A stretch of DNA of 63,074 nucleotides, counting the filler, from Octopus bimaculoides (Eukaryota), in the NCBI RefSeq assembly GCF_001194135.2. It is 7 parts of 6 records of this genome, joined end to end, with 100 filler letters (N's around TTAATTAATTAA, not from the genome) between each part and the next. Parts side by side here need not be neighbours in the genome. Positions count along the whole stretch, not along the records: positions 35,600 to 42,996 come from NC_069006.1; positions 43,097 to 55,790 come from NC_068991.1; 5 more parts are not named here. One strand, written 5' to 3'. The position numbers and the translations under genes are program-made. The notes under the pieces are model-generated. The model saw only the letters and a program-made list of their open reading frames with translations. It did no database searches and was not told the origin of the DNA. Below are positions 39,429 through 54,185 of the stretch, in pieces. Every line of letters starts with the position of its first letter. Position 1 is the stretch's first letter.

Positions 39429-39790
39429 GACGCGGGCGTGGCTGTGTGGTAAGAAGCTTGCTTCCCAACCACACGGTTCCGGGCTCAGGCTAAATGGCAC
39501 TTTAAGCAAGTGTCCTCTACTATAGTCTTGGGCTGAACAAAGCCTTGTGGGTGGATGTGGCAGAGGGAAACTGAAAGAAGCTCGTCATGTATGTATGCAT
39601 ATATGTGTGTGTGTGTGTTTGTGTCTATTTTCCCTCCCCACTACCCATTGACAACCGATGTTGGTGTGTTTACGTGAGGACGATACATCATTAAAAAATA
39701 AGTGTTGGGGTTAATTCCTTCGACTAAAATAACTTGAAGGCGGTGCTACAGTATGGCCGCATTATAATCACTGAAACAAATAAAAGAAAA
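39429..39790 (+). mobile_element. SINE family A, diverged copy with internal deletion
   Basis: Head GGCGTGGCTGTGTGGTAAGAAGCTTGCTTCCCAACCAC and tail CTGAAACAAATAAAAG are present. Confidence 0.85.
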
Positions 39791-40190
39791 CAATAAATGA
39801 TAATTTCTTCAACCCCCCAAAATCATTCCGGCATAGTTTTACCCTTCCATCTCGAATAAATCCTTGACCCCAGTTCCTTTTTTATCCGCACCCTTTACAT
39901 GTATGCTTTGTCCCTTTCCTTCCCTTTTAGCTTCCATTTTCACACGTTATTCTGTTTCTTTCTTTCTATTAACTCATGTTTTTCCTGCCACGAAACTAAA
40001 CTATTTATAAAGCTATATCTCAGCGTACCACAAAATTACTCTATGCCACCGCACGTACGCTGCAGTTACTGTATTTCCTTGCAAAATTTGAACCTGAAAC
40101 AATTATACATGTTATAAAATTTGATGTTACTTTGTAGTAACTGTCAACCTTTCTTTTGTAAAGAGAAAATATTTTGTACACAGAATTATA

Positions 40191-40424
40191 CAAGATGTTC
40201 AAAAAGTCTCTCCGCAGTGAATATTTTCATCCTGCACATCACCATGGCGTTACTTCAAGAGTTTTTCGGTGAACAGATTATTTCGAAGGGACTTTGGCCA
40301 CCAAGATCACCTGATTTAACACCACCAGAACTTTTTGTTCTGGGGAGCAAGTAAAAGATCAGTGAACAAGAATCGCCCGAAAACAGTTAAATACTTACTG
40401 CGGAGAGACCTTTTGAACACCCTG
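40191..40424 (+). mobile_element. 234-bp internally deleted Tc1/mariner element
   Basis: TIRs CAAGATGTTCAAAAAGTCTCTCCGCAGT and ACTGCGGAGAGACCTTTTGAACACCCTG; TA on the left, CA on the right; retains IISKGLWPPRSPDLTP. Confidence 0.88.
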
Positions 40425-41953
40425 CATTTTTGTACACACACACACAAATCACACATATAATTATGAAGGGGTCGAAATTGTAATGATACTTTGTCAATAA
40501 CTGATGAAGGATTTGACGTTTCCGTTCGACTGTACACTTTTTCTTTCTACACGTAATGTTTTTTCATTCCTACGAACACACACACACACATACCAACTCA
40601 ATTTGTAGGAAAGGTCCAGAGAAATAATTACAAGGTGGCTAAATGTTGCTTAAGTGTCCCAGGAAACAATGGTCATAATTGTGTGGGATTTTATTCCGGG
40701 GAGAAGCGAGCCGTATTTGTCTCTATTTAAAAACTTTCCTATATACAAACTCAAATATAAAATATGTCCACACACGTATATATGTATCCATATCCATGTA
40801 TGTTATCATATATACATACATATGTTTTAAAGCTTAGTCTTGACATCATACTCACTAACATAAAGCTCTTTCCTCTCTTTCACTCTCTCTCTCTCTCTCT
40901 CTCTCGCTCCATAACTCTCCTTCCTTCTTTCTCTCTCCTTTCATCTATGAGTTTCTCTATGTACGTGTCGATTTGTGCGCGTTTCTCTGTATATATATAA
41001 TTACATACATGTGTATGCGTGTATACAGACTTTTGTAAATTACAATTTCAGATGTGAAAAATAAAACCAAGGACAAAATTTGAAGCACAATTCTACCATT
41101 TAACAAAAGGCAGCTTGTTCTCTTATGTCAGATTAAATATAAGATGTCTTCTCTCCTTGAATCGTAATAAATATTTATCTGGCTTAAACGAACGTTTAAT
41201 CTCTTCAACATCTCACCAGACGAATTCGTAATTGCTTATCTACTCAGCTTTGCTACAGAGTGGGGTTTCAGTTACAAAATTCAGATACTTTTATATCGAA
41301 ATGTTTACAAATTAGTGGAGGAATTGTTAAGATCCCCGCATCGAAATACATGAGATCATACCGGGTTCGATCCCAATGTGTGGCATCTTGTATCATTATN
41401 NNNNNNNNNNNNNNNNNNNNNNNNNNNNNNNNNNNNNNNNNNNNNNNNNNNNNNNNNNNNNNNNNNNNNNNNNNNNNNNNNNNNNNNNNNNNNNNNNNNN
41501 NNNNNNNNNNNNNNNNNNNNNNNNNNNNNNNNNNNNNNNNNNNNNNNNNNNNNNNNNNNNNNNNNNNNNNNNNNNNNNNNNNNNNNNNNNNNNNNNNNNN
41601 NNNNNNNNNNNNNNNNNNNNNNNNNNNNNNNNNNNNNNNNNNNNNNNNNNNNNNNNNNNNNNNNNNNNNNNNNNNNNNNNNNNNNNNNNNNNNNNNNNNN
41701 NNNNNNNNNNNNNNNNNNNNNNNNNNNNNNNNNNNNNNNNNNNNNNNNNNNNNNNNNNNNNNNNNNNNNNNNNNNNNNNNNNNNNNNNNNNNNNNNNNNN
41801 NNNNNNNNNNNNNNNNNNNNNNNNNNNNNNNNNNNNNNNNNNNNNNNNNNNNNNNNNNNNNNNNNNNNNNNNNNNNNNNNNNNNNNNNNNNNNNNNNNNN
41901 NNNNNNNNNNNNNNNNNNNNNNNNNNNNNNNNNNNNNNNNNNNNNNNNNNNNN

Positions 41954-42225
41954 AAAATCCAGTCACGTATAGAAAAATATAAGTAAATACACTAAAAATA
42001 CCTACAATAAAAATACAAAGTAATAAATATTAAAATAATAATATAATAAAAAGACTACACGTGTTTCATAACCACATTTTCAAATAGAAAATAAAATAAA
42101 AATCAAATCGATCTGAATCGATTTTATTATCGGTCTTTTTAGTGTAATATTAGATTTTTCTATAAGTGACTGTGGACTTTCATGGATGAATTCAATAATG
42201 GTGGGGTTTTTTCTCTAAATTATAT
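41954..42225. mobile_element. AT-rich Penelope-like repeat with internal inversion; related copy at about 58845-59100
   Basis: CAGTCAC.TATAGAAAAAT..TACACTAAAAA.ACC occurs forward (41960-42002, about 58985-59030) and inverted (about 42132-42180). A half-HHR GAAAC-ACGT-GTA lies on the minus strand at 42047-42067. Confidence 0.6.
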
Positions 42226-42351
42226 ATAGGCGTAGGCGTGGCTGCGTAGTAAGAAGCTTGCATCCTAACTACATTGAGGCCGACAAAAACTTTGTGAGTG
42301 GATGAGGTAGAGGGAAGCTAAAAAAAAGCCCGTCGTATATATATGTACACA

Positions 42352-42996
42352 CAGGGTGCGATGGGTAAATTGTAACCGTTTTATATTTTTAACTTCGCGC
42401 GTGCGCATTGTTTGTTTTTGATTTTATTGACTACACAGTATTGTAGGATCAGTTGGGTACCATCTGTGAGAAAAAAAACAGCACCATGACCCGATTTACT
42501 CTGCCAGAAAATTGGAAACGATAAGCTGTATTGCTGGGCATTCGCACCGGAAGTTCCACTACGAACATTCTAGAGTATTTGGGTGTCAATCTGAGGAAAG
42601 TGCAATCTGAGGAAATGTACCAAGAGGGATAAAAATCAAACATCCAGTCAACATCATGTTGTCTGGAGTGATCACTAGTAATGGCGACGTTATGCCTCTG
42701 TTCATCTTCTCACACGGCCTTAGACTCAACACGGAGGCCGACGTCAAGTTCCTGGAGGAGGTAGTGCTGCCCTAGGTCAAGAGGGTAGCTGCTGGAAGAA
42801 CCTATGTCAGGCAACAGGACTCTGCACCATGCCACAAAAGTAGGAGAACCCAGGAATGGCTATCAGACAATTTCTGCGGCCACATAACCGCTAACTCCCC
42901 AGACTGCAACGCCCTTGATTAGTATGTGTGGGGTGCAGTTGAGCAAAAGACCAACAAAACTCCTTGTAACGTCAAAGATGAAATGAAGGCAAGGAT
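42352..42996 (+). mobile_element. Internally deleted mariner-like (probably DD37D/maT) transposon inserted in a SINE A central microsatellite
   Basis: Starts CAGGGTGCG; MTRFTLPENWKR.., KHPVNIM..GVITSNGDVMP, QQDSAPCH...SPDCNALD*YVWG. D-D spacing is 32 with the W-P segment deleted. SINE A head at 42228-42345. Confidence 0.85.
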
Positions 42997-43139
42997 NNNN
43001 NNNNNNNNNNNNNNNNNNNNNNNNNNNNNNNNNNNNNNNNTTAATTAATTAANNNNNNNNNNNNNNNNNNNNNNNNNNNNNNNNNNNNNNNNNNNNACTT
43101 GGATCCAACTTGTACAAATGCAAAACAAAAGTCAAACAT

Positions 43140-44045
<906 letters not shown>

Positions 44046-44402
44046 AGGAGGCGAAAATGGAGAAATATGGATGTATGAATAATTTATCTGTATGATATAA
44101 TAATGTTGAAATATTTTTATATAATAACAATACAAATAAATTATAAATTGTAAAGTTCTAAAAAGAAATGGCAGATGCGAAAAACCTACATATATGTTTC
44201 GATTCATACCCCTAGGTGAAACGTACTTCTGAGCTTTTGGTCACATGCTCAGAATTGGTATCATTTTCAAGTATATGGGGCAGAAGTCTCGTCAGGGTTT
44301 TAAGAGGTTATTAAACAAAGGTGGACATATTTCTTGAAAGGATGCATACAAAATATTTTGTATGCATCCTTTCAAGAAATATGTTCACCTTTGTTCTGTA
44401 AG

Positions 44403-44447
<45 letters not shown>

Positions 44448-46691
44448 TATGACAAAAGAAACAGCGTAAATATTTTGAGTTCCATTATTGATGTGAATAT
44501 ATTAAGGAAATGGTTGTATCTTTATGTTTGAAGTCTATGCGGTCATCTGACGAGAACTCTAGTGCCTAGAGTAGAAAAGAAAAAAATATACATAGATATA
44601 CACACACACACATACATACATACAAGCATGATTACATTCCTGCATACACACATACATGTGTGTGTGAGAGAGTGTGTGTGCGCGTGTGAGTATGTGTATG
44701 TATACGTGTGTGTGCGTGTGTGTGTGTATGTTTGTGTATGAATGTATGTTTATATATACACACACAAATCAGCAGACGTGCAAAACAAGGGAGAAAAAAA
44801 ATAGTACTCGAATACCAAATATAGAGTAAAATACTATCTTATTGAAGCCGAAAATCTTCAAAAATTGTTACTCAGAGTTTCACGTGGAGTAGCCCTTAGG
44901 AAAGAACAAAACTACTGTTGCTTATAGTATTGAAATCACTTGAAATCGCTCGCATCAAAACTATGCATTGATAATGAAAAAGTAAAAAAAATTCCTTAGC
45001 AGTAAGTACCATAATGTATTTTTTTTGCAATGTATTAATGCTTTCATGAAACAAGAAATACTTATTTTATTTGTTTATCTGAAATATTTCGTTAAAACTC
45101 CGCTTTTTGTGATTTAGATTACGCCTCTTTGGTTTTGCTAATACGGCTAAAAAGAAATGGCTCGTTATCTCAGGATGACTTATATTCTTATTTCTCTCTA
45201 AATGAATAAATAAATATTGTTTTTCTGATGATTAATCTTGGATTTGAATGTATAGCATGTATTTAATCTGCGTATGAATACAAATACGAAAAACGTGCTC
45301 TAAAAGACGCTTCCTTAAATCTTGGAAATTAATCTTAGTTCATTCTGTTTAAATATATAATTTTTTTCTCTATTTTCAATCCTTCTAGATTAATTCTGGA
45401 AATAGAAATTGGTTTAATTATTGTTCTTAAATCACTTTAGAGAAATAATTGCTTTTTATATTTTGTCTTTGCTTTTTTCCTTGTTATTTTTTGTTATGGC
45501 TTTGCCAAAGTAGGAAGAGCATTGACATTTATGTTTTTCGCAAAGACTCAACAATTGCTTAAAGCAGGGAGAAACTCACGGGTTTTATAAAGAAACCTTG
45601 AGTCGATGAACGTAATAAGCGAAAAGAAGCTGTTGACAGTCTGTAGTTAAGAAGTTCGCTTCAAAACTTCGTGATACTGAACTCATTTCTGTTGCGTTGT
45701 GCAATAGAATAGTGCTTTCTGCTATAGTTTCAGGTTGACTAATAGCTTTCGAGTGAAGCTTCACAGATGCAACTTGCGCGCTGACTCGTCGTTTATACGC
45801 GCGCGCATGTACCTTTCAGTGGTATTAGCCGTTGGTTAACCCTGACTTTCCTAGAAGTCTGAGCAACTAGAAAGTGCGGAGATCACGAAGAATGTCTAGT
45901 GGGAAGTGTTTCAATGAATATATGTTTTCGTGATCCCCAAAGACCCCAAATTCATTCCAGAACAGTTCTCAGCCATATATATGTAGGGAAGGAAAAGCGA
46001 TAAACTTGACAGTGTAGAGCAGGTAGCCCAACTGTCACACCTATGGAATCAAAAACCTTTTGAGAGCCCTCTGTCTGAAGGAGCAGCAAAGGTAAAGGAG
46101 AGTGTTCAGCAACAGAATCCCTGAAAACAGGTTCCAGAAAATGTTGCTGCCCTCCAAACATTATTGATCGAAGTTCCGGAATGACCGGAGGTGGATAACC
46201 TACCTCAGTGCTAGAAGAAAACTAGCTGGATGTAGAACCCACTCCCTTGGCCATGAGCAGGATTGACAAAAAAGGGAAGATGAAAGGAGAGCTTTCTATG
46301 CTGCAATTACTAAAGTTTCTTCGTTTTCTAGAGCATCAGGAATCAAAGTTTCGGGAATGTCAAAGGAGGTCACTTCGTGCCTGATCTCGTAAACTAACTA
46401 CGAGATATCCCATGTTTGTATCATGACCTACAACGCCATAACACCCTCTTATGGTCAGAAAGACACAACAGTAACTGAAAGATATTTCCAAACTGTCGGA
46501 TGGTGCGTAAAAATCAAAAAGAATAAAATATAAGGTGATGTTTAACAGCAAGACAAGTAGAAATGTTGAGAAGGAGCTCTTTCTTCAGAATGACTACAAC
46601 GAAGACAGCGTGTGAATGAAGAACCTTAAAAAAAAACAAAAAAACAATACAGCATGAACAAAATAAAGATATGCGGTGCTGCGAATACTAT

Positions 46692-47183
46692 CAGGCTGAG
46701 TAAAAAGTAAGCAACGTTTTCAACATAAAATTCATCACAATATATTTCAACAATGCAGAAATTGTATCCCTCAAAATAAGTACCATTACAATCAACACAT
46801 TTTCGCCAATGAATTACAAGTTTGTTTATTCCAGTAACATAAAAATCTGGAGTTCTGGAGCTGATGAACTCTTTGAACAAACTTTCAGCATCAGTTTGAT
46901 TTTTGAACTCCTTCTCCCGCAGGAAACCGTTAAGGTGCTTGAAGAAGTAGTAGTCGGTAGGAGAAAAGTCCGGGGAATAAGCTGGGTGGGGAAGAACTTC
47001 GTAGCCAAGTTCCCTCAACTTCTGGAGCATCACTGGTGAAACATGTGGTCGAGCATTGTCATGAAGAATGATTGGCCCTCTTCTATTGAACAGTCTGGGA
47101 CGGAGGAGTAACAGTTTTTCATTCATTTTGGCAATTTCATGGCAATATGTTTCTGCAGTAATGTTTCTTGTCTCATTCCGCAT
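46692..47183 (-). mobile_element. 5'-truncated DD34D mariner transposase remnant
   Basis: ILHDNARPH...HPAYSPDFSPTDYYFF with exactly 34 residues between the two Asp; ends GINKL..WRKCVDCNGTYF; 3' TIR-like end near 46692. Confidence 0.92.
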
Positions 47184-47574
47184 AGAAGATGTTAACGTGC
47201 CCCACTGGGCACATCCGGCTCCTGTTCGAACTGTGATTGAAGGGAACAGACGTCGATCATTCTAACCCAACTTAAATGGTTGCTTCTCTCCTGTTGTTTC
47301 GTAGCCAAACCCTTAAAGTTTTCCGTATGTGTTTTAAAATATTTTTTATGAGTTTTCCTTCATAATCAGTTATTTGTTATCTGTCTTTATGTTATTTAGA
47401 CTAATTTTTAATGCATTCTTTGTATAACGTATACCTGATGCTTCCATCTCGTTTATCTACACAATTTATTTAAAGAAACCCACGCGTTTTGTAGCGTACT
47501 AGTTTTAAATATTCATATTTTGTACGCATGAATGAGTTATGGGAAATTGCTGTTAAAGATTGAATAAAAGAAAT

Positions 47575-47587
47575 TATTATCATCATC

Positions 47588-47666
<79 letters not shown>

Positions 47667-48050
47667 CTTTTCATTATATATTTATGGTAGGTGTCAAAGC
47701 AAAGTTATAAAATCTGCCAAATAACAGCGAATAGGAATAAAAAAAAGAAGAGATTTAGAGAAAAAGAATCATATAAGATACCCTAAAGAATATGAATAAA
47801 GTAATTTCTGTATACGAATATAGGTCTGAATATATAGGTAACTAACGAAACGCTATTTTTGAGAGGGGAAGCGACATTAAATATATTTTGCTACATCGAC
47901 CAATTTGAGAAACTACTAAATCTGTCACCCTGTGATTTGCTCTCTTTCTTCTTCTTCTTCTTCTTCTTCTTCTTCTTCTTCTTCTTCTTCTTCTTCTTCT
48001 TCTTCTTCTTCTTCTTCTTCTTCTTCTTCTTCTTCTTCTTCTTCTTCTTC
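47575..48050. repeat. (CAT)n 47575-47665 and (CTT)n 47945-48050 microsatellites
   Basis: Directly visible. Confidence 0.95.
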
Positions 48051-48140
48051 TATTGTCCCTTCCTTTTCTCTTTCTTGTATTCTACGACTGAGGTTTACCT
48101 ATTTCCTTACAAAATGTAGAAATTCTTTAATACCTTTATA

Positions 48141-48558
48141 GGCGCAGGAGTGGCTGTGTGGTAAGTAGCTTGCTTACCAACCACATGGTTCCAGGTTCAT
48201 TCCCACTGTGTGGCAGCTTAGGCAAGTGTCTTCTACTATAGCCTCGGGCCGACCAAAGCCTTGTGAGTGGATTTGGTAGACGGAAACTGAAAGAAGCCCG
48301 TCGTATATATGTATATGTATATGTACGTGTGTGTATATGTTTGTGTCTGTGTTTGTTCCCCCAACATCGCTTGAAAACCGATGCTGGTGTGCTTATGTCC
48401 CCGTAACTTAGCGGTTCGGCAAAAGAGACCGATATAATAAGTACTAGGCATCCAAAGAATAAGTCCGGGGGTCGATTAGCTCGACTAAAAGGGGGTACTC
48501 CAGCATGGCCGCAGTCAAATGACTGAAACAAGTAAAAGAGCAAAAGAGTAAAAGAGTA
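48141..48558 (+). mobile_element. SINE family A, full-length reference copy
   Basis: tRNA-like head (GTGGCTGTGTGG A-box-like, GGTTCATTCCC B-box-like), central (TA/TG)n, tail ending (AAAAGAGT)n. Confidence 0.93.
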
Positions 48559-48938
48559 CCTACTAGAAAGTAGGAACGGATTGTAATTTTTTTTTCTAAT
48601 CTCACCCTTATTAAATGGTACAGCCTTGTCCCAAAGCGAGAATCAATTCATACTTAGACATTAGAAATGTTCTATTCTCAAGAATACGCCATTTACGAAC
48701 AGTCATTAATAGATATATTTAGTTACTGAAATTAGATTCATAGAAATGGCGCATTATATATTCCTTTTGTTCTCATTTGTCTGGCGAGCATTTTAATCAT
48801 GCACTCGTCTGTTGAATGTGAAACACTCGTATTGTTGGAGATTTATGATTATCGTGTGGAGTTCACTCTTCTCTCGTTGTTCTATAATACTCTATAATAG
48901 CATTTATTATCATAATAATAATAATAATAATAATAATA

Positions 48939-48980
<42 letters not shown>

Positions 48981-49067
48981 TTTAGCAATGTCATTATTAT
49001 CATAAATAATAATAGTGATAATATTAATAATAATAATAATAATAATAATAACGATAACAACAACGAC

Positions 49068-49148
<81 letters not shown>

Positions 49149-49492
49149 GACAATAACAACAACAACAATAATAATGAAGAAAGTGACGTACATTTATGAG
49201 CTTCAATGCACCGCTAATTTGTGTGTGTGCACGTGCGCGCATTTGTGTGTGGGTATGTGTGAGTGTACATGTAAAATTACACATACACATGCGCATACAA
49301 AAGGAAATTGGAGATACATTAAACACCATAAATGCATGAAGGTATCGGCAGTTCAAGCATGCTGGAGACGGGTCGTCTTGGCCCTTCTCTGGATGTTGTT
49401 CCGGATATTTGTATGCATAGAAACAACGTTTTGGCCCTGAAGAAAAGGCCCATCCTTTGGGATGCAATCCTAGTAAATCAAGGATGCGCTCG

Positions 49493-49542
<50 letters not shown>

Positions 49543-52094
49543 GATACATTAATAAATCATATATCAAAACGCTAAACTGCTTTCTAAAAAAAAAACATCT
49601 ACACTTATACATACTATATACGACAATATTGAAAAATAGTCTGTTTATAAATGTAATTATAAAGGGAAAAAAATCTTGTAGTATTCAAATCAACGGGCGG
49701 ACCATCAAAAGCGTACTTCCGGAAAATATTTCGTAGACATTGCGGCAAATGTAGTGGAATTGATATAACCATACGTGATAGCAAACACATCTGTATATGG
49801 GGAAATAAAAAATACATTATTCGTATAAATTGTAATAACTTACATAAATCATTACTTTAATTGGGCAAAAAAGTACACAGAAGAGCAAAATATGAATACA
49901 TAAGTATTTATACACACAGAGCAAAAACATAATAAATATTATAATTCAAAAATCATTTTGAAACATATGTAAATAAATATTAGCAAATGAAAATATTTAT
50001 CAAAACAACATAATCAAATATAAAAATAAAATATTATACGCACGCACATCAAAATTGTAGCTTATGCATATACACGTCTGGCAAAAACAATGAAACAATA
50101 TACACTGATATCTATGCAGATACCGACATACATGATGGCCGTCCACTCGTGACCGAGAAAGACTATTGCTGACCTTTAGAGAACATTGTGCGCTCTAAGA
50201 CTAATATTTTGCATTTGTGACTCCGTTGATGGCTAATGAGCCCTGCTCTTGACAAGCATACACGACTGCAAACATTACAAACCAAGCTTTCCCCATTCAC
50301 TACACTAGCAGTGCGCTTTCGAGCAGCACGCTTAAATTCTTCATGCAGTACCCCAGCATGGCCGCAAGTCTAATGATTGAAACAAGTGAAAGATAAACGA
50401 TAAAAGACATGACAAAAGAAAAAAAAACAGCAGTCAAACGTTACTTGAAGGATCACTCAAAATCGTAGTGGAGAATATAAAATTTGCTTTTATAAAGAAA
50501 ATATGGCCNNNNNNNNNNNNNNNNNNNNNNNNNNNNNNNNNNNNNNNNNNNNNNNNNNNNNNNNNNNNNNNNNNNNNNNNNNNNNNNNNNNNNNNNNNNN
50601 NNNNNNNNNNNNNNNNNNNNNNNNNNNNNNNNNNNNNNNNNNNNNNNNNNNNNNNNNNNNNNNNNNNNNNNNNNNNNNNNNNNNNNNNNNNNNNNNNNNN
50701 NNNNNNNNNNNNNNNNNNNNNNNNNNNNNNNNNNNNNNNNNNNNNNNNNNNNNNNNNNNNNNNNNNNNNNNNNNNNNNNNNNNNNNNNNNNNNNNNNNNN
50801 NNNNNNNNNNNNNNNNNNNNNNNNNNNNNNNNNNNNNNNNNNNNNNNNNNNNNNNNNNNNNNNNNNNNNNNNNNNNNNNNNNNNNNNNNNNNNNNNNNNN
50901 NNNNNNNNNNNNNNNNNNNNNNNNNNNNNNNNNNNNNNNNNNNNNNNNNNNNNNNNNNNNNNNNNNNNNNNNNNNNNNNNNNNNNNNNNNNNNNNNNNNN
51001 NNNNNNNNNNNNNNNNNNNNNNNNNNNNNNNNNNNNNNNNNNNNNNNNNNNNNNNNNNNNNNNNNNNNNNNNNNNNNNNNNNNNNNNNNNNNNNNNNNNN
51101 NNNNNNNNNNNNNNNNNNNNNNNNNNNNNNNNNNNNNNNNNNNNNNNNNNNNNNNNNNNNNNNNNNNNNNNNNNNNNNNNNNNNNNNNNNNNNNNNNNNN
51201 NNNNNNNNNNNNNNNNNNNNNNNNNNNNNNNNNNNNNNNNNNGAAATGTTCCAAATCGGTGCCAATGTTAGAAATGTCATTTCGCTATCAAGGAGCGTCT
51301 GCAATGGAGATGTCAGAGAGAATTAGTTGCGAATTTACGTTAAAACATTTTACATTCGGACTTCATCGCTATCTCAGACTCTCTTTCTCGACTGTCCGAT
51401 CATCGGTGACCTTGCCAAAGAATCAGAGAGATCTCCGTGGAGTAGGGGCAGTTTTTTTTTTTTTCTAGAAACAACTTGACCGCCATCTGTCCAAGGCCCC
51501 AGATTAACCTACATTACGGCACCCGATTGTCGCCGATTTATATACTGGCCGTATATAAAATTTCAAAGCGAGAAGTAATATCAAAACAGAATCAGGTCGG
51601 TTTTCTCTCAAAGTTTAAAGCTCATTTATTCGGGCTGACCACAAAGGATGTCCATCTGATAGTCGGTGATTACTGCCAATGTATGATGGTGAGGCGAGTT
51701 TTAATACCAGAAAAGAATCTGCCTGCCTCTGTGTATGTGTGTGTGTGTGTGTGTTCCTCTCTCTCTCTCTCTTCCCCAGAGGTTTTTGCCCTAAGTTGTG
51801 ACCCACCAACGAGTATCACTTCTTATATCGTTCTTGTATTGAAGTCGGATGTATAGATGCGTGTTTGTGTGTGGGTGGGTGGGGAAGCTGCATGCTGATT
51901 TTTCGAATCAGAAAGACAATTGTCAGTGAGCTTTCATGTCTTGATAACCCGGTTTTTTTTTTAATCCATTCTTTGTTCGTGTTCAAACCAGGGAAGATTT
52001 CTATTTACTTTCTCTTTCATGTTACAGAACTTCACTTTCTCTAATTCTGACACATCTTTCCAATTTGTCTTAAGTGACTCATCATAAGTATATA

Positions 52095-52156
<62 letters not shown>

Positions 52157-52620
52157 ATCGTTGTTGTTGTTTCACCCGAATTACAGACTGACCCAGTAGA
52201 CGAATAATCAAAGCCGTTTTCACCGCGATGATCCCCATTCGTTAGTCCGACATGGTGTATCCAGGACCAACATTATCAGATGTGTCAGTCCCTCATTTTT
52301 AAGACAGTAGAGAGTGATACCAATAGTAATTTGTATTCTGCACTTCAACACACGTGAACCAAAAAAGCAGCACAGAAGTGTTATTTGCAAAAGCGTGTTT
52401 AGCGGTTTTTGAGAAGGCAGAGTATGAATTCGAGGGAGTTTGCTGTTAATTGAAGATTTAGCCAATAGGATTTCAGTTCCTGTAGTTTCAATTTCACAAA
52501 TTTTTGTATTTAACATCTTTTCCTTCTCGTTAATGACCTTGGACACTCACTATTCGAAATATTGGATCTCTTAGATATAACTCGTGTGCCTCCGGTTGTG
52601 AAACACTCCTACAGATCATC

Positions 52621-52830
52621 ACCTTCAATTACACTACACAAGCGCCATCTTAATTATATCAAAATAGCGCCGTTTTAATTACCGCAAATAGGCACAATTT
52701 TAATTACACTAAGCGAACGCTGTTTTAATTAAACCGAAAAGGCATCGTTTTAATTAAACTAAAAAGCAGGTGACATTTTAATTATACCAAAAAGATGTCG
52801 AATAATTATACGAAATATGCGCCATATTGA
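52621..52830. repeat. Degenerate 25-bp tandem repeat with invariant TAATTA core
   Basis: TAATTA at 52651, 52676, 52701, 52726, 52751, 52779, 52803. Confidence 0.85.
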
Positions 52831-53823
52831 TGCATTTGTATTAATATGACTTAAATAACACTTCGCAAATTTGGCGTAAGGCTAGGAATTTGGGGATAAG
52901 TTTCCAGTCGTTGTAACTGGCCCCGGTATTTCACTGGTACATATTCTATTATCTCTAGATAAAGGGGCTGACGTGTCTTAATTTGGACAGCATGAGATCT
53001 CACAACGAGAATGTATCTAACTGAATACTACAGTCATTTCAAGCACTGCAGTCACTGGTTCAATAACTTCCCTGCTCATAATATTCGATATAACAATAAT
53101 TGCTGCTTCTCTTGTTGTAGAAGAGCTTAAGTTCCATCCTGATCGAGCAGACTTATGATCAAAGGTTTTTCAGCTGTAGATACATTCAGCTACATCCGTA
53201 GTGTCTTAAAAAAAAAAAAAAGGAAGGATAGGAAACTTGGAATTCAAGTTCACGTTCGTAGCTAATATTTCCTGTATGTCAAGCGACCGTGACGTTATAA
53301 AGACTTGCTCTTTCACTCAACTTTTCCATGCAGTCTGAACATAGATTCGGTTCATTTCTATCGCCATCACACGTTTTCAGTACTGACCAACGTTTCATTT
53401 GAATAGTTATAGGTTACTCAGAATAAGCTTTCCTTTTTCTACTTTGTTGCTGTTAATGAAATCATCGTCATTGGATCTGCAGCAGCATTCAATACAAGTT
53501 CATTTTAGAAGAAACACACACATTCACGTACACACACACACGCGCACACACCACACAAACACACACATACACGTAGATATATACATGCTCACGTGCATAC
53601 GTACATATACAGATACTCACAGAAATATATATACGTGGCTATACCTATACACACACATATACACGTGTACATACAGCACACACACACACACACATATATA
53701 TATATGCATGTATGTATGTGTGTGTATGTATATGTATGTACGTATGTATGTGTGTGTATATATATATATATTATATATGTATGTATGCATATATAGATGT
53801 ATATATCTACCTACCTATCTATC

Positions 53824-53867
<44 letters not shown>

Positions 53868-54185
53868 NNNNNNNNNNNNNNNNNNNNNNNNNNNNNNNNN
53901 NNNNNNNNNNNNNNNNNNNNNNNNNNNNNNNNNNNNNNNNNNNNNNNNNNNNNNNNNNNNNNNNNNNNNNNNNNNNNNNNNNNNNNNNNNNNNNNNNNNN
54001 NNNNNNNNNNNNNNNNNNNNNNNNNNNNNNNNNNNNNNNNNNNNNNNNNNNNNNNNNNNNNNNNNNNNNNNNNNNNNNNNNNNNNNNNNNNNNNNNNNNN
54101 NNNNNNNNNNNNNNNNNNNNNNNNNNNTTTTAAATATATATATGTACATTTACGCAAACGAACAATTGTACATGAAATAATGTTA

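Noticed and set aside
40495-40535. CTGATGA-AGGA..TCC partial hammerhead
   Set aside because: No GAAA follows; at most a deleted pLTR remnant.
44548-44580. CTGACGA followed by a 7-bp hairpin and GAAA
   Set aside because: Stem II is out of register and there is no stem III, NUH or stem I.
49410-49465. GAAAC..CTGAAGA..AAAGG/CCTTT as a permuted hammerhead
   Set aside because: Stems I and II cannot be closed in any topology.
52621-52830. CRISPR-like array (also 61538-61930)
   Set aside because: Eukaryotic context; the units are degenerate tandem repeats without unique spacers, and there are no cas genes.
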